Shown: positions 38,632-50,424 of the stretch, piece after piece
How positions within the stretch are numbered: position 1 is the stretch's first letter
How the letters are laid out: each line of letters opens with the position of its first letter
Assembly (NCBI GenBank): GCA_949282205.1
Contig: CASDOS010000059.1
Location: 77,922 to 141,921 of the forward strand
From: an uncultured Alphaproteobacteria bacterium
Lineage (GTDB): Bacteria > Pseudomonadota > Alphaproteobacteria > RF32 > CAG-239
DNA: 64,000 nt
Direction: 5' to 3'
Translations under genes and position numbers: made by a program
Notes under the pieces: model-generated
Database searches by the model: none
Seen by the model: the letters and a program-made list of their open reading frames with translations, nothing else
What the model was told of the DNA's origin: nothing

Positions 38632-39744
38632 ATGAAAGTCAAAAAGATAAAAAGCTCAAAAGTGATTCGCAACGGTATATATGCGGTAGCGTTTATGTGC
38701 GTCGGAGCGTGGGCTCATTCAATACTTGTGCCGAATATATCGGATATGCAAGGCAACCATGAACCACCATATGTTATAACCCGCGGTTTGAAAAAAGGCG
38801 ATGTATCGGATAAAAAGAAATACATAGCCGAGGTAGAAGCGATTAACAGCGTGGATATAGTACCGCAAGTATCGGGTTATTTGGAAGAAATACTATTTGA
38901 GGACGGCGCGGAAGTAAAAGCCGGTCAAAAGATTTTCGTGATAGAGCAAACACAATATAAAGCAGATTTAGAAAAAGCGGAAGCGGCGGTAAAGCAGTTG
39001 TCCAAACAATATCAGCGAGTATCATCATTAAACAAGCAAAAATTCGCCTCGGATAAAGAAATAGATTTAGCGGAAAGTAATTTGCGCCAAGCGAAAGCTG
39101 ATTTAGAGATAGCCAAATTAAATCTGGAACATTCGGAAATTAAATCCCCGATAACAGGGCGCATCGGCAAAGCCAAAATAACCAAAGGCAACTACGTCAG
39201 CCCCTCAAGCGGAAGTCTGGCCCGTGTAGTTCAAACCAATCCGATACGCATAGCCTTTTCAGTCAGTGATAAGGAAAGAAACGTATTTATGGAAAAAGCC
39301 GCCGCATCGGAGAATATCTATATCGATATAAAGTTGCCGAATGGTAAGATACAAACCACCAAAGCGGATAATTTGTTTTTTGATAATGAATTTAACTCGA
39401 CAACCGCGACATTACCGGTATATGTAGACGTCGCCAATAATGACAATTTACTGATATCGGGCAACTATGTTGACATCTATGTCCGTTTTAATGTTCAAAA
39501 GGAAGCGGTTTTAGTACCGCAGATTGCGTTAATGTCGGATGTGAACGGCAGTTATGTATTAACGGTAAACAAAGATAACATCGTCGAGCAGAAATACCTA
39601 AAATTAGACGGCGTAAAGGGAGATATGCAAGTTGTCTTAGAGGGATTAAAGGGCGATGAGCACGTCATTGTGCAAGGATTACAGAAAGCATCTCCCGGAA
39701 CAAAGGTAAAAGAAAATTATCTCAGCAGTGCATTGGAGGAGTAA
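38632..39744 (+). CDS. RND efflux periplasmic adaptor (AcrA-like)
   Basis: PQVSGYL, IKSPITGRIG, GL..DE.VIV.GLQK. Confidence 0.92.
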   Translation: MKVKKIKSSKVIRNGIYAVAFMCVGAWAHSILVPNISDMQGNHEPPYVITRGLKKGDVSDKKKYIAEVEAINSVDIVPQVSGYLEEILFEDGAEVKAGQKIFVIEQTQYKADLEKAEAAVKQLSKQYQRVSSLNKQKFASDKEIDLAESNLRQAKADLEIAKLNLEHSEIKSPITGRIGKAKITKGNYVSPSSGSLARVVQTNPIRIAFSVSDKERNVFMEKAAASENIYIDIKLPNGKIQTTKADNLFFDNEFNSTTATLPVYVDVANNDNLLISGNYVDIYVRFNVQKEAVLVPQIALMSDVNGSYVLTVNKDNIVEQKYLKLDGVKGDMQVVLEGLKGDEHVIVQGLQKASPGTKVKENYLSSALEE

Positions 39745-39746
39745 AG

Positions 39747-42700
39747 ATGTTTTCAGCTCGTTTTATAGAACGTCCGCGTTTATCATTTGTCATTTCGATA
39801 GTTATCGTTTTAGTCGGTACGATTGCGCTGTTTAATTTACCGATAGCGTTATATCCGGACATTACGCCGCCGCAAATATCCGTATCTGCGACCTATCCTG
39901 GAGCATCAGCGGAAGTAATCGCCAAAACGGTGGGAATTCCGTTGGAAGACGAGATTAACGGTGTGGAAGATATGTTATACATGAGTTCCACATCGGAAGA
40001 TTCGGCCTATAATTTGGCGGTAACTTTTAAGACCGGTGTAGATCCGGACATGGCGCAGGTAAAAGTACAAAACCGTATCCAACAAGCAACGTCAAAGTTG
40101 CCTGATGAAGTAACCAGACAAGGGATAACGGTAACCCGAGCCTCGTCAAACATATTAGGTTTCTTTGTATTTTATTCGCCGAAAAGCACCCATAGCGAAC
40201 AAGAGATAGCCGACTATGTATTTAATAACATCGAGCGCCCGTTATCGCGAATATCGGGAGTTGGCTCGGTAGACGTGTACAGTTCGCAATTAGCGATACG
40301 CGCGTGGCTGAATTCGGATAAGATGGCGGCGTTAGACATAACGGTAGATGATGTGTACAGTGCCATATCGGGACAAAACTATCAACCGTCATTGGGTAAA
40401 GTCGGATCCGTACCCACGCAAACGAGCAATCAAATGGTTTACACTTTACAAACGACCGGACGACTAAGCGAAGCGGAGGAATTTGAAAACATAATCGTAA
40501 GAACGGCGGAGCAGGGCGGCTTAGTATATTTAAAGGACATAGCCCGAGTGGAATTAGGCCAAGAAGATTACGTCATCAACGGTTTGCACAACGGTAAAAG
40601 TTCGGTAGCGATATCAATCGGCTTGTCCTCGGGTTCGAACGCGATAGAAACGATGGAGCAAATCAAAACCACGTTAGCCGAATTATCCGAAAACTTTCCC
40701 GAAGACATGGAATATATCATCAGCTACGATTCGACCAAATACATAGATGCATCGGTAGAAGAAGTGGTTTTCACGTTAATATTGACTTTATTGTTGGTAA
40801 TTGCCGTATGTTATTTTTTCTTGCAAGACACATATTCCACGATGATACCGGCACTAACGATACCAGTATCGATATTAGGAACCTTTGCCGTAATATTGGC
40901 GCTAGGATATAGTATCAACTTATTCACCTTGTTTGCGTTATTGTTGGCGATAGGTTTGGTAGTGGATGACGCGATAGTAGTAGTGGAGCGTGTTATGCAC
41001 TTGCTGCAACATGAGAATATGAGCGGACGCGAAGCCACCATAAAGGCGATGGGCGAGATATCAGGCGCATTGGTAGCAACATCACGATATTTATTCCGGT
41101 AGGATTTTTGGATGGCATCACCGGTCAGATATATCAACAATTCTCGGTTACCATTTGTACGGCGATACTATTTTCTTTGTTAAATGCTTGAACATTGTCG
41201 CCGGCCTTATGTTCTTTATTGTTGCAACGTCCGAAAGAAAGGAAAGAAGGATTTTGGTATAAAGTCAATACGAGCATCAGCAACATTATCCACCGTTATT
41301 CGATAGTCGTATCAATAATTGCGAAGAAGATACCGATAATAGCTATAATTTTCGCGGGATTACTGATTTTGGCGGTAGTATTGTTTAATATGTCGCAAAC
41401 CTCATTTATTCCGGAAGAAGACCAAGGTGTGGCGGTAATGAGTGTTCAGTTGCCGGAAGGTGCGAACAAAAAAAAGACGGCGGATTTCATGGATAAGATA
41501 CGCGAGGTATTGAAGACAGAACCGTCAATCGAAGGGGTATCGGATGTTATCGGATATAACATGATAGACGGCCGAGGCGAAAACGTGGCGATGAGTTTTA
41601 TCGTACTGCGTCCATGGGGAGAAAGAAAAGATCCGTCGCAACATTCGACAGCGATAGTCAATCGCTTGCGTCAAAAGTTGGCTTCTTTCACGGGAGCCGA
41701 GATACAATTATTCAAGATGCCGGCGATACAAGGACTAGGTAATTCAAACGGTTTGGATATTCGTTTGGAATCAAGATTGGTAACGGATTATCAAAAGTTG
41801 GATGCAACGTTACAAAGTTTCTTGAGTAATTTGAATCGTATGCCGGAAATATCTTATGCGTACACAACATTTACCGCGCATACGCCGAATATCTTTTTAG
41901 ACATCGACCGCACCAAAGCGGAAAGTATGAAAGTACCGGTAGCGAATATTTTTTCGACATTAGAGAGTTACTTAGGTTCAGCCTATGTTAATGACATTAA
42001 CTTAGGTACGCAAGTCAACAAAGTGATGTTGCAGTCGGATTGGATGTATAGAGAAAGCGTCGATAACATCAACGACATATATATAGCCAATCGCGAGGGA
42101 AAGATGGTACCGATGCGCGGCATGGTAACCTTGCGTAAAGCCTTGGCGCCACGAGTAGTACAACGATACAATCAATTTCCGGCAGCTTCAATAACTGCGG
42201 TACAATCATCGGGTACATCGACCGGATCGGCCATGTCTGCGGTGGAAACATTGGTTAAGCAGTTGCCGAAAGGGTTCAATATCGAATGGTCGACAATGAG
42301 TTTCCAAGAGAAGTTGGCACATGGGCAAATAGGTTACTTAATCGCTTTGGCAATAATCTTTGCATACTTGTTCTTAGTTGCGCAATACGAGAGTTTTATT
42401 GTTCCGGTACCGGTGTTATTATCATTAGTCGTTGCGATTAACGGTGCATTATTAGGATTGTTATTAAGCGGTATGTCGTTAAGTGTATATGCGCAATTAG
42501 GCTTGATATTGCTGATAGGGTTGGCGGCAAAAAATGCGATATTGATTGTTGAGTTTGCCAAAGACGAACGCGCGAAAGGAGCAACGATAGTAAACTCGGC
42601 ATTAAAAGGCTTGCAAGAAAGGTTCCGTGCGGTAATGATGACGGCGTTTGCATTTATCTTAGGAGTATTCCCGATGGTCATTGCGTCAGGAGCGGCAGCG

Positions 42701-42847
42701 GAAAGCCGAAAAGCGATAGGCGTGCCGGTATTTTGGGGCATGATAGCAGCCACGACAATTGGTATGTTGATAATACCATTGATGTACGTTTGGGTACAGA
42801 CCTTGTTTGAGAAGTATAAAAACCGTCGTCAAAGCAAACAAGGATAA
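39747..42847 (+). pseudogene. RND efflux permease (AcrB/HAE1 family), disrupted by a frameshifting deletion and an in-frame stop
   Basis: [39 protein letters not shown]. Frame change at about 41085 and TGA at 41189-41191. Confidence 0.85.
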
Positions 42848-42974
42848 AAGTTTTCCACCACCAAGAGGCAGAGCGACCTGCATCTGCCTCTTACCCCCCC
42901 CTTTATGGATAAAAGCAATAAAAAAAGCTCCCGAGAAAGGGAGCTTAAAATCATAAGATGTTTTTTTGACCGGA

Positions 42975-43813
42975 TTACAGAGCCAAGGATACGGTTTCAA
43001 TTTGCTGTTGAAAAGCATCCATGTTTTGCCGGTCTTGTCATAACCGAGACAATGAATCGGATAGTCCTGTGAGCGCCAAGCATCTTCAATGACATCCCAA
43101 TGTTCGCGTCCGCCGTAAGGATAAAGAATTGCCTGAGCAATTTCGGGGAACATACACAAGAGATACCATGAATGCGTTCCGGCGATTCCGACAGAGTACT
43201 TAGCATGTTTGTACAGCGGATAGAATAAGCTATGCAAGACATTGCGTATACCAAAAACCATTTTGTTTTCAGTCAGTCCCGGTACATAATCAGCACCAAG
43301 TGCAAGCACTTTCTCAACATCATTCTGGATAGAGAAATGCTGCATCAATACGCGCTTTTCCGAACGTTTTTTCAAGCATTCGAACATTTCCGGAACAAGA
43401 GATTGCTCTTCTGCTGTTTTACCGCATTTCCCGTCAGAAACAAGTTTCTGCGGAATAAAGAAGCCGTAATCACCGCCGACATGATATTCCATGGCTACCT
43501 CGTATGTAGGCACCAATTTGAATTTGGCGAAGTGATACCATGCTTCATCAGGAATCTTGCCGGATACTAAAGCGGCGACAAAGTCGAAACCATCTTTTTC
43601 ATACATCTCAATTTCTTCCCAGTTAATCATACGAATGTTTGCGTAGAAGAACTGGAGTTGATACCAGATGATGAGAGATTTACGAATGAACTCATCCTTT
43701 GTTTCCGCAATAGGGATGATGATAACTTCTTTGTTGTAAGATTTGGCAGCAAGCAGTACGACAATCTCATGTCCGAAATTTGAACGGACGATGAAAAATT
43801 TTTTTGTTTCCAT
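42975..43813 (-). CDS. Hypothetical protein, probably frameshifted near 43025
   Basis: The ORF as called overlaps the RND 3' end. An alternative frame ...MDAFQQQIETVSLAL* ends at 42975, just before a terminator (42920-42946). Confidence 0.55.
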
Positions 43814-43978
43814 ATAAGAAAAAAATTTTTAAATAATTAAACATAAAGTACGATAACAGGGTACAAAATACCATTTTTTTTGTCACTTTGTCAATAATGT
43901 TTTTTAGAATAAAAAGATTGATAAAAAAAGAGAATATGGTTATATAGAAAGAGATAAAATAAATAAGGGGGAAATCTG

Positions 43979-44608
43979 ATGAAAATAATTTTATATATAG
44001 TTTTAGCTGCAATAGTTATTGGGGGAATAAGTGGCGGTTTGCATTTATGGAAAGTCGCAAAGAAAAACGCACAAGAAATGGCGCCGTTTGCAGAGCTAAA
44101 ACCTCAATCGCTGGATAAGAATAAGAAGATATTGGTGATATATTACAGCCTGACCGGTCACACCCAAGACATAGCCGAACGAATCAAAGCGCAAACAAAT
44201 GCCGATTTATATGCGATAGAATTACAAGAACCGCTGCCGAAAGGGGTAAAGGCATATTATGAAATTTGGAAACAATACAAAGACAAGAATTATCCTGAAG
44301 TCAAAGGAGATATGCCGGATTTAAGCGGATACGATTTAGTGATATTAGGTTCTCCGGTATGGATGTATACGCTATCAACCCCAATGCAAAGTTTCCTAAA
44401 AGGCATAGATTTTAATAAAAAGCCGGTTGCCGTATACAGCACGCAGGGAAGCAACCCCGGAGCATTCTTTGCCGATATGCGGAAAGCAGCAAAAAATGCG
44501 AATATCATATCCGAAATAGAGTTTAACAATTTGCCGAAAAAATACGATGAAGCCGTGAATGCAAAAATCAATCAGTGGTTAGCGCAGACGTTGGCGAAAG
44601 TAAAATAA
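43979..44608 (+). CDS. Membrane-anchored flavodoxin
   Basis: YYSLTGHTQDIA, YDLVILGSPVW, YSTQG. Confidence 0.88.
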   Translation: MKIILYIVLAAIVIGGISGGLHLWKVAKKNAQEMAPFAELKPQSLDKNKKILVIYYSLTGHTQDIAERIKAQTNADLYAIELQEPLPKGVKAYYEIWKQYKDKNYPEVKGDMPDLSGYDLVILGSPVWMYTLSTPMQSFLKGIDFNKKPVAVYSTQGSNPGAFFADMRKAAKNANIISEIEFNNLPKKYDEAVNAKINQWLAQTLAKVK

Positions 44609-44670
44609 ACTTGACTTTTAGCCGGAAAGGGGACAAAATACTCCCGTTAAACTATAAAAAATATATAGAT

Positions 44671-44988
44671 ATGAAAAATTTGCTAAAGAAAATCCAACAA
44701 AAGCAAGAAGAAAATACGCTTTTGTTAGGCAAGAAAGTGTGGGATGATGTAACGAAATCACTTCCCAAAGCCATCGGAGTAATAGAGGATGACACCCCTC
44801 GAGTAAAAAAATTCGCCAAAGCGATAAAGAAGTTGAACAAGAAGTCGCAAAAGGCGGTAAAAAAATGGCTTGAGCAGCAGATTCATGACTTGAATTATTA
44901 TGCACCGGACTTAATGACCGGCAGAGAAGAAGTAGAGTTAATGCGCCAGTTACAAATCTATAATCATCATCTGGAAGCAATCAGTTAA
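44671..44988 (+). CDS. Hypothetical protein
   Basis: ATG 44671 after a TTGACT promoter candidate; terminator at 45011-45040. Confidence 0.6.
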   Translation: MKNLLKKIQQKQEENTLLLGKKVWDDVTKSLPKAIGVIEDDTPRVKKFAKAIKKLNKKSQKAVKKWLEQQIHDLNYYAPDLMTGREEVELMRQLQIYNHHLEAIS

Positions 44989-45178
44989 CATTCTCTTAGG
45001 TAAAGAAATGAAAACAGCCCTGTAAAGGGGCTGTTTTTTTGTGATAACAATGATTTGGAATATAAAAAGACAAACCATACTAAAAAAGCAAAAATTTTAA
45101 TAGAAATTTAAGTTGAAAAGTCTAAATTGCAAAACGGAAAAAAGAATATACAAGGAAAAGGAATAAAGAGGCTATATA

Positions 45179-46558
45179 ATGATACAAGACATGACACGCG
45201 GCAACGCATTGAAATTAATATTATTATTTGCGCTGCCAATATTAATAGGTAATGTGTTTCAACAACTTTATCAATTAGCAGATATATTCATGGTTGGAAG
45301 ATTGATTGGCGAAAATGCCTTAGCTGCGGTAGGAGCCTCAGCGCCGATATACTTAACCTTTTTAATAATAGCCTTTAGTTTCACCGGAGGTTTGACGGCG
45401 GTAACCGCACAACGTTTCGGAGCCGGAGATTATGACGGTGTTCGCCGTTCGGTAACCCATTCATTCAGAGCGAGTCTTGTTTTAAGTATTCTTTTAACGA
45501 TTGTACTGATAGTCAGTTTAAAGCGCTTATTGCACATTCTAAATGTTCCGCAAGCGATTTATGACGATTCCTATAAGTTTATTTTGATATTAGGCTTGGC
45601 AATGGTACTGATAGTGGCTTTCAACTTGCTGTCAGGTTTTATCCGTGCTCTTGGAGATAGTAAAACGCCGTTATATTTTTTGATATTCTCATCGGTACTA
45701 AATATTGTATTTAATTTAATATTGATAAAGTTTTTCCATTTAGGGGTGATTGGCTCGGCAATCGGTACGGTAATAGCCATAAGCATATCCGTTATCTGTT
45801 GCGTGTGGTACATTAAGAGAAATTATCCGATATTGCACTTAAAAAAAGAAGATTGGCGTTATAATGGCGAATTTATGCGTGAACATTTAAATATAGCGAT
45901 ACCGATGTCGATACAATTTTCGATATTGTCATTAAGTATCATGGTCATCCAGTCGGTATGTAATTCGTTTGGCGAGAAGATAATTGTAGGTTTTACGATA
46001 GCGTTAAGAATCGAGCAATTAGCAACGCAACCGTTAATGGCGATAGGTTTGGCAATGGCTACGTTTGTGGCGCAAAACTATGGAGCGGGCAAAGTATCAA
46101 GAATACGCGATGCGGTAAAAAAGACCTGTTTAACCTCGTTTACGATAAGTATCATCATGAGTGCTTTAATATTTTTCTTCGGGACACATTTGATAGGCAG
46201 TTTTTTGGACCATGCCGATCCGTTTATTGTAAAGATAGGTGTATCATATTTAGGCATTAGTATCATGTTTTATGTTTTCTTAGGTTTAATTTTCATCTTT
46301 AAGAACACATTACAAAGTATGGGGAAACCGATGTTTCCGGTATTATCGGGTTTTGTGGAATTAGGAATAAGAATATACGCGGCCATATATTTAGCCAGCA
46401 AAATCGGTTATGAAGGGATATATTACGCCGGTCCGTTAGCATGGGTAGGCGGAGCGACGGTTGTTTTGATAGGGTATTATATCAACATATATCGTCGCAA
46501 AGAAAGCGATTTGAAAAAAGAATATCGCGAGATGTATAAGAAGATGAAAATGGCGTAA
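45179..46558 (+). CDS. MATE family efflux transporter
   Basis: FALPILIGNVFQQLYQLAD, GDSKTPL, AQNYGAG; about 12 TM segments. Confidence 0.93.
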   Translation: MIQDMTRGNALKLILLFALPILIGNVFQQLYQLADIFMVGRLIGENALAAVGASAPIYLTFLIIAFSFTGGLTAVTAQRFGAGDYDGVRRSVTHSFRASLVLSILLTIVLIVSLKRLLHILNVPQAIYDDSYKFILILGLAMVLIVAFNLLSGFIRALGDSKTPLYFLIFSSVLNIVFNLILIKFFHLGVIGSAIGTVIAISISVICCVWYIKRNYPILHLKKEDWRYNGEFMREHLNIAIPMSIQFSILSLSIMVIQSVCNSFGEKIIVGFTIALRIEQLATQPLMAIGLAMATFVAQNYGAGKVSRIRDAVKKTCLTSFTISIIMSALIFFFGTHLIGSFLDHADPFIVKIGVSYLGISIMFYVFLGLIFIFKNTLQSMGKPMFPVLSGFVELGIRIYAAIYLASKIGYEGIYYAGPLAWVGGATVVLIGYYINIYRRKESDLKKEYREMYKKMKMA

Positions 46559-46611
46559 GGGAAAAGAAAAGGCGGGAACATAAAGTTTCCGCCTTAAGAT
46601 TGAAGCAACCA

Positions 46612-47337
46612 TCAAAAATCCAGAAGTCCGTCTGCACGCAAATGACGAATAATTTCGGGTCTGACCTTAAGAGAATTAACCGTTAAGAGGAGTAATTCAT
46701 GTTTTTCGTCAGCATCAATATCCGTTCTTTGGGCTAAATTTTTGAGATGTTTGTAAGTAACATAACCATGATTACCGCAAATACTGCCGACTTTAGAGAG
46801 ATATTTGCGAATAACATCAGGATCAGCGACGTTAAACATGGCATTAGCCTGTAGGAAAGAAATCGGAACAAAGTTTTTAGAATGCCAATCGACCAAGTAA
46901 TTCATAACCTCTTTTGAAGCGTTTTCAAAAACAATGACTGTAAAATAAACTTTAGAAGAAAGATCCCAAAGTTTATTAGTTTTTTCGCGCAAAAATTTGG
47001 CCAATTCCAAGTCTTTAGCAATATAAGCCAAAATCTCCTTTTCCTCATCACAAGAGGGATAGGTTTTGAATTTATGTATCGGAGAAGAATAATAGATCAT
47101 AATATACTTATCAGCTATATTTTCTCCAGTAGCCACCAAGGGATAAAGAGCATTAAAATACCCATAATCCAACAAGCAAGTAAGCGCCTCAACATTAGAA
47201 GATTGTTTAATTTCACTTCGGTGCTCTCGTACAAAAGTTGCACGTTGCGTCCAATTTAATTTTTTGAAAAAAGCGCCAAAATCTTGACCACTGATTTCAT
47301 TTAACACAATATTTTCCATAAACTTAAAATTTAACAT
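46612..47337 (-). CDS. Hypothetical protein
   Basis: 241-aa helical-looking ORF; no motif recognised. Confidence 0.65.
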   Translation of the reverse strand: MLNFKFMENIVLNEISGQDFGAFFKKLNWTQRATFVREHRSEIKQSSNVEALTCLLDYGYFNALYPLVATGENIADKYIMIYYSSPIHKFKTYPSCDEEKEILAYIAKDLELAKFLREKTNKLWDLSSKVYFTVIVFENASKEVMNYLVDWHSKNFVPISFLQANAMFNVADPDVIRKYLSKVGSICGNHGYVTYKHLKNLAQRTDIDADEKHELLLLTVNSLKVRPEIIRHLRADGLLDF

Positions 47338-47397
47338 CTCAAGTATAAGCAGGAAAGATATACAAAGTCAAGTATTTTGTCTAAAAAATAAAAAAAT

Positions 47398-47838
47398 TTA
47401 AGATTTGAACTTAGCCGCTTCGGTTCGAGCCAACTCGTCGCATCGTTCATTTTCAGGGTGTCCGGCATGACCTTTCACCCAAACCCAGCGAATTTCATGT
47501 TTAGAAGTTAATTCATCAAGTTTTTGCCAAAGTTCAACATTTTTGACGGGAGCTTTTTTGTTGGCGGTTTTCCAATCGGATTTTTTCCAAGTCCAAATCC
47601 ATTTTTCGATTCCGTCCATAACATATCTGCTATCGGTATATAGGGTAATGTTGCAAGGTTCTTTGAGTGCGGAGAGAGCAGAAATAACGGCTGTTAATTC
47701 CATACGATTATTAGTTGTTTCGGGTTCTCCGCCGGAGAGTTCCTTTTCGACTTGATTATAGCGAAGAATAGCGCCCCAACCACCTGCGCCTGGATTACCG
47801 GAACAAGCACCGTCTGTAAAAATTTCCACTCTTTTCAT
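47398..47838 (-). CDS. rnhA: Ribonuclease HI
   Basis: [40 protein letters not shown]. Confidence 0.98.
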   Translation of the reverse strand: MKRVEIFTDGACSGNPGAGGWGAILRYNQVEKELSGGEPETTNNRMELTAVISALSALKEPCNITLYTDSRYVMDGIEKWIWTWKKSDWKTANKKAPVKNVELWQKLDELTSKHEIRWVWVKGHAGHPENERCDELARTEAAKFKS

Positions 47839-47856
47839 ATTAACGCTCCCGAAAGA

Positions 47857-48921
47857 TTATTCGCTTTTAAGATAGCAAGAGAAAAACTCATTAGTTAAGA
47901 TTTCCAAATTAGCATTTTTTTTAAAAGTTTGCGCCACAAAGGAGCGTAAATCGTTTTTGGAAATAAAGATACGGAAACTCTTGGGTGTCGCGTCTTCAGC
48001 ACCGATAACACCGTCCATTAAAAAATCTTCTGTAATATCATCGGTAAAACGAATTTCGGCTTTTGCGCAAGAGAAGAGAGCGCGAGGCGGAACACGCATT
48101 TCCATCGGAGTAATAAGGTTGATGGAGTTATTTTCGGCAGCTAAATTTTCAAGTTGACTATCATAATAGAAAGAAACTTTGGTATGATCGCCGCCCAACA
48201 ATAAAGTGTTGCAAGAAAGATAGACTTCTTTGGCAATAGCGTTGGAATTATTCTGCGCCAAGAGTGAAAATCTGATTTTAAGATAACTTTCTTTTTTTTT
48301 ACTGGGCTTGGAAGGGGCAAAAAAGTCATCATCGCCTTCTTTACCGACTTCCAAAGATTTATCATCAATGACCAACTCGATATTCGGTTGCGGACGTTTA
48401 CCGAACATTCCGGCAATAACGGCATAAGGGGCAGGGACGTTGTTAGAGCCGGAACGAATATAAATCTGACTGCCTGTTGTAGTCATAAGCGGAGCAATGT
48501 CGGATTTAGGGATATAAGTCGCCACAAAACCGTCGCCGTTAGTGTCGCAACTGATAATATGATTGCGAACCTTGTTGTGAGAAGGAATGGTACATCCGGA
48601 TATGGCGTTTTCGAGCCAGCTCAAGAAACGATGTACATTTTTGACTTTAACTTTAGCCTGAGCGACATCTCCCAACTCTAAATCACGAGAACATTCGACG
48701 CCCCAAACCAAAACACCGCCTTCGGAATTACCGAAAGCCGAGATAGCTTTACCGAGGTTGCGTCTGTCATTAGGATGGAGAGAGCGCATGGATTTACCGT
48801 CAGAAACGGCCTGTTTGAAATCCAAAAACAATTCTTCGGTTTGTCTGCTCAAGATAAAATCGTCAATAGCATCTTCTCCGAAATAGATAAGTTTTTCAAA
48901 AATATCTTCCGCACGCGACAT
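47857..48921 (-). CDS. AlbA_2 / Schlafen-like DNA-binding domain protein
   Basis: E..FLDFK, KAISAFGNSEGGVLVWGV, YIRSG. Confidence 0.8.
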   Translation of the reverse strand: MSRAEDIFEKLIYFGEDAIDDFILSRQTEELFLDFKQAVSDGKSMRSLHPNDRRNLGKAISAFGNSEGGVLVWGVECSRDLELGDVAQAKVKVKNVHRFLSWLENAISGCTIPSHNKVRNHIISCDTNGDGFVATYIPKSDIAPLMTTTGSQIYIRSGSNNVPAPYAVIAGMFGKRPQPNIELVIDDKSLEVGKEGDDDFFAPSKPSKKKESYLKIRFSLLAQNNSNAIAKEVYLSCNTLLLGGDHTKVSFYYDSQLENLAAENNSINLITPMEMRVPPRALFSCAKAEIRFTDDITEDFLMDGVIGAEDATPKSFRIFISKNDLRSFVAQTFKKNANLEILTNEFFSCYLKSE

Positions 48922-48951
48922 AGCACACACTCTCCAAGACAAAAAGCAAGA

Positions 48952-49509
48952 TTAATTAAAATAATCGCTGACATTAATTTCCGCTTTAGCTTGATCTTCA
49001 GCCTCAAAGAACGGATATTCATCTTTTAATCCCATCAAAGCGGCGATTAAAGAAGAAGGGAAGATTTCCAAAGCATTTTTGTAGTCTTTAACAGCGGAGT
49101 TATAGAAGCGTCTGGAAGCAGCGATATGTTCTTCCACATCGCTCATTCCCTGCATAGCGGCAATCATGGTCGCATCGGATTTAAGTTCGGGATAATTTTC
49201 GGCCGTCAGTTTAAACTGTTTCATCGCTTCAGAAAGCATATTATCGGCTTTAAATTTATCGGCATAACTGTCCGCAGACATAGCTTTTTCGCGAAGTTCC
49301 GTTACTTTCATAAAGACATCGCGTTCATGTTCCATAAATTTCGCGGCGGACTTTAAGAGATTAGGGATTAAATCGTAACGTTTTTTAAGTTGCACATCAA
49401 TACCCGCCGCAGCTTCTTTAAGGTTATTTTTCTTTTTAATCAAAGAAACATAGACCAAATACAACGCCAACAAGAGCCCGCCGGCCAAACAATACCATAA
49501 AACAGACAT
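48952..49509 (-). CDS. lemA: LemA family protein
   Basis: IDVQLKKRYDLIPNL, ENYPELKS, RRFYNSAV, FPS. Confidence 0.93.
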   Translation of the reverse strand: MSVLWYCLAGGLLLALYLVYVSLIKKKNNLKEAAAGIDVQLKKRYDLIPNLLKSAAKFMEHERDVFMKVTELREKAMSADSYADKFKADNMLSEAMKQFKLTAENYPELKSDATMIAAMQGMSDVEEHIAASRRFYNSAVKDYKNALEIFPSSLIAALMGLKDEYPFFEAEDQAKAEINVSDYFN

Positions 49510-49661
49510 AAAATTTTCTCCTTAAAGCTAATAATTTTGCAATAAATTTAATTGTAAAGTAGTTAAAAAGCCGTAAAGAGATAAAGAAGATTCTCTGAAG
49601 ACACAACTTGCGAAATAAAAAAATAGCGTTTATATGATAAGGAAGAAGAAAAGGAGGCAAA

Positions 49662-49871
49662 ATGGAAAACAGCGAACAAAGATTTATAGATATAGAGATG
49701 GCGTTATCGAATTTGGAAAGAATGGTGGACGATTTGAATGATGTTATCATCAAACAAGGTAAGGATATAGCTTTTTTACAGAAACAGAATCACTATTTGA
49801 CCGAAGCGATAAGGAACACGCAAAGCGTAGTAAAACCATTGGAAGAAGAAACGCCGCCACCGCATTACTAG
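49662..49871 (+). CDS. slyX: SlyX family protein
   Basis: Coiled coil ending EETPPPHY; RBS AGGAGG. Confidence 0.9.
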   Translation: MENSEQRFIDIEMALSNLERMVDDLNDVIIKQGKDIAFLQKQNHYLTEAIRNTQSVVKPLEEETPPPHY

Positions 49872-50424
49872 TTAGAATTATCGCCCTGGAAAATCATTTT
49901 CAAAAGAAACTTTTTGCGTCCGATGTGTGGAAAAGGTCAAAAAAAACGCGCTGAAATGCGCCGTTTTGAAGTGAAAAAAGCAAGTAGCTAAAGAAAGAAA
50001 AAAGTAAGTTTTGAAAAAGTTAAAGTAAAACATAAACTTAAAAGAATAATAGTCTGAAATAAAAGCGTCTTTCAAATCAAAGCAGGGAAGACTGTCATCC
50101 GAAAGACGCCTGAATTTTTGCAATTAGCCGGCATTCTGATCAGAATTTTTTTCTAATAATAACAATAAAACCATCGGGCAATTCGTGATTGTCATTTTCT
50201 GCCATGGCAAGAATATAATTGGCCTAATGATATATTCACCATACGCATTTCAAAATGCTCTCACCTTATTTATGCTAACAGAGAGAAACAAAGCATAAAT
50301 ATCCGCGAAATAAAAAAACTTTTCAATCAATAACTACATATATATATAATAGACTTAACAAACCACTTGAAAAGTAGAATAAATAAAGTCCTGATACAAT
50401 AGATTTTTGTGTTTGTTCACAAGA

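Noticed and set aside
42686-42974. C-terminal tail of the 375-aa ORF overlapping the RND gene
   Set aside because: It runs through a terminator into a convergent gene; better explained by a 1-nt loss in an A run near 43025.
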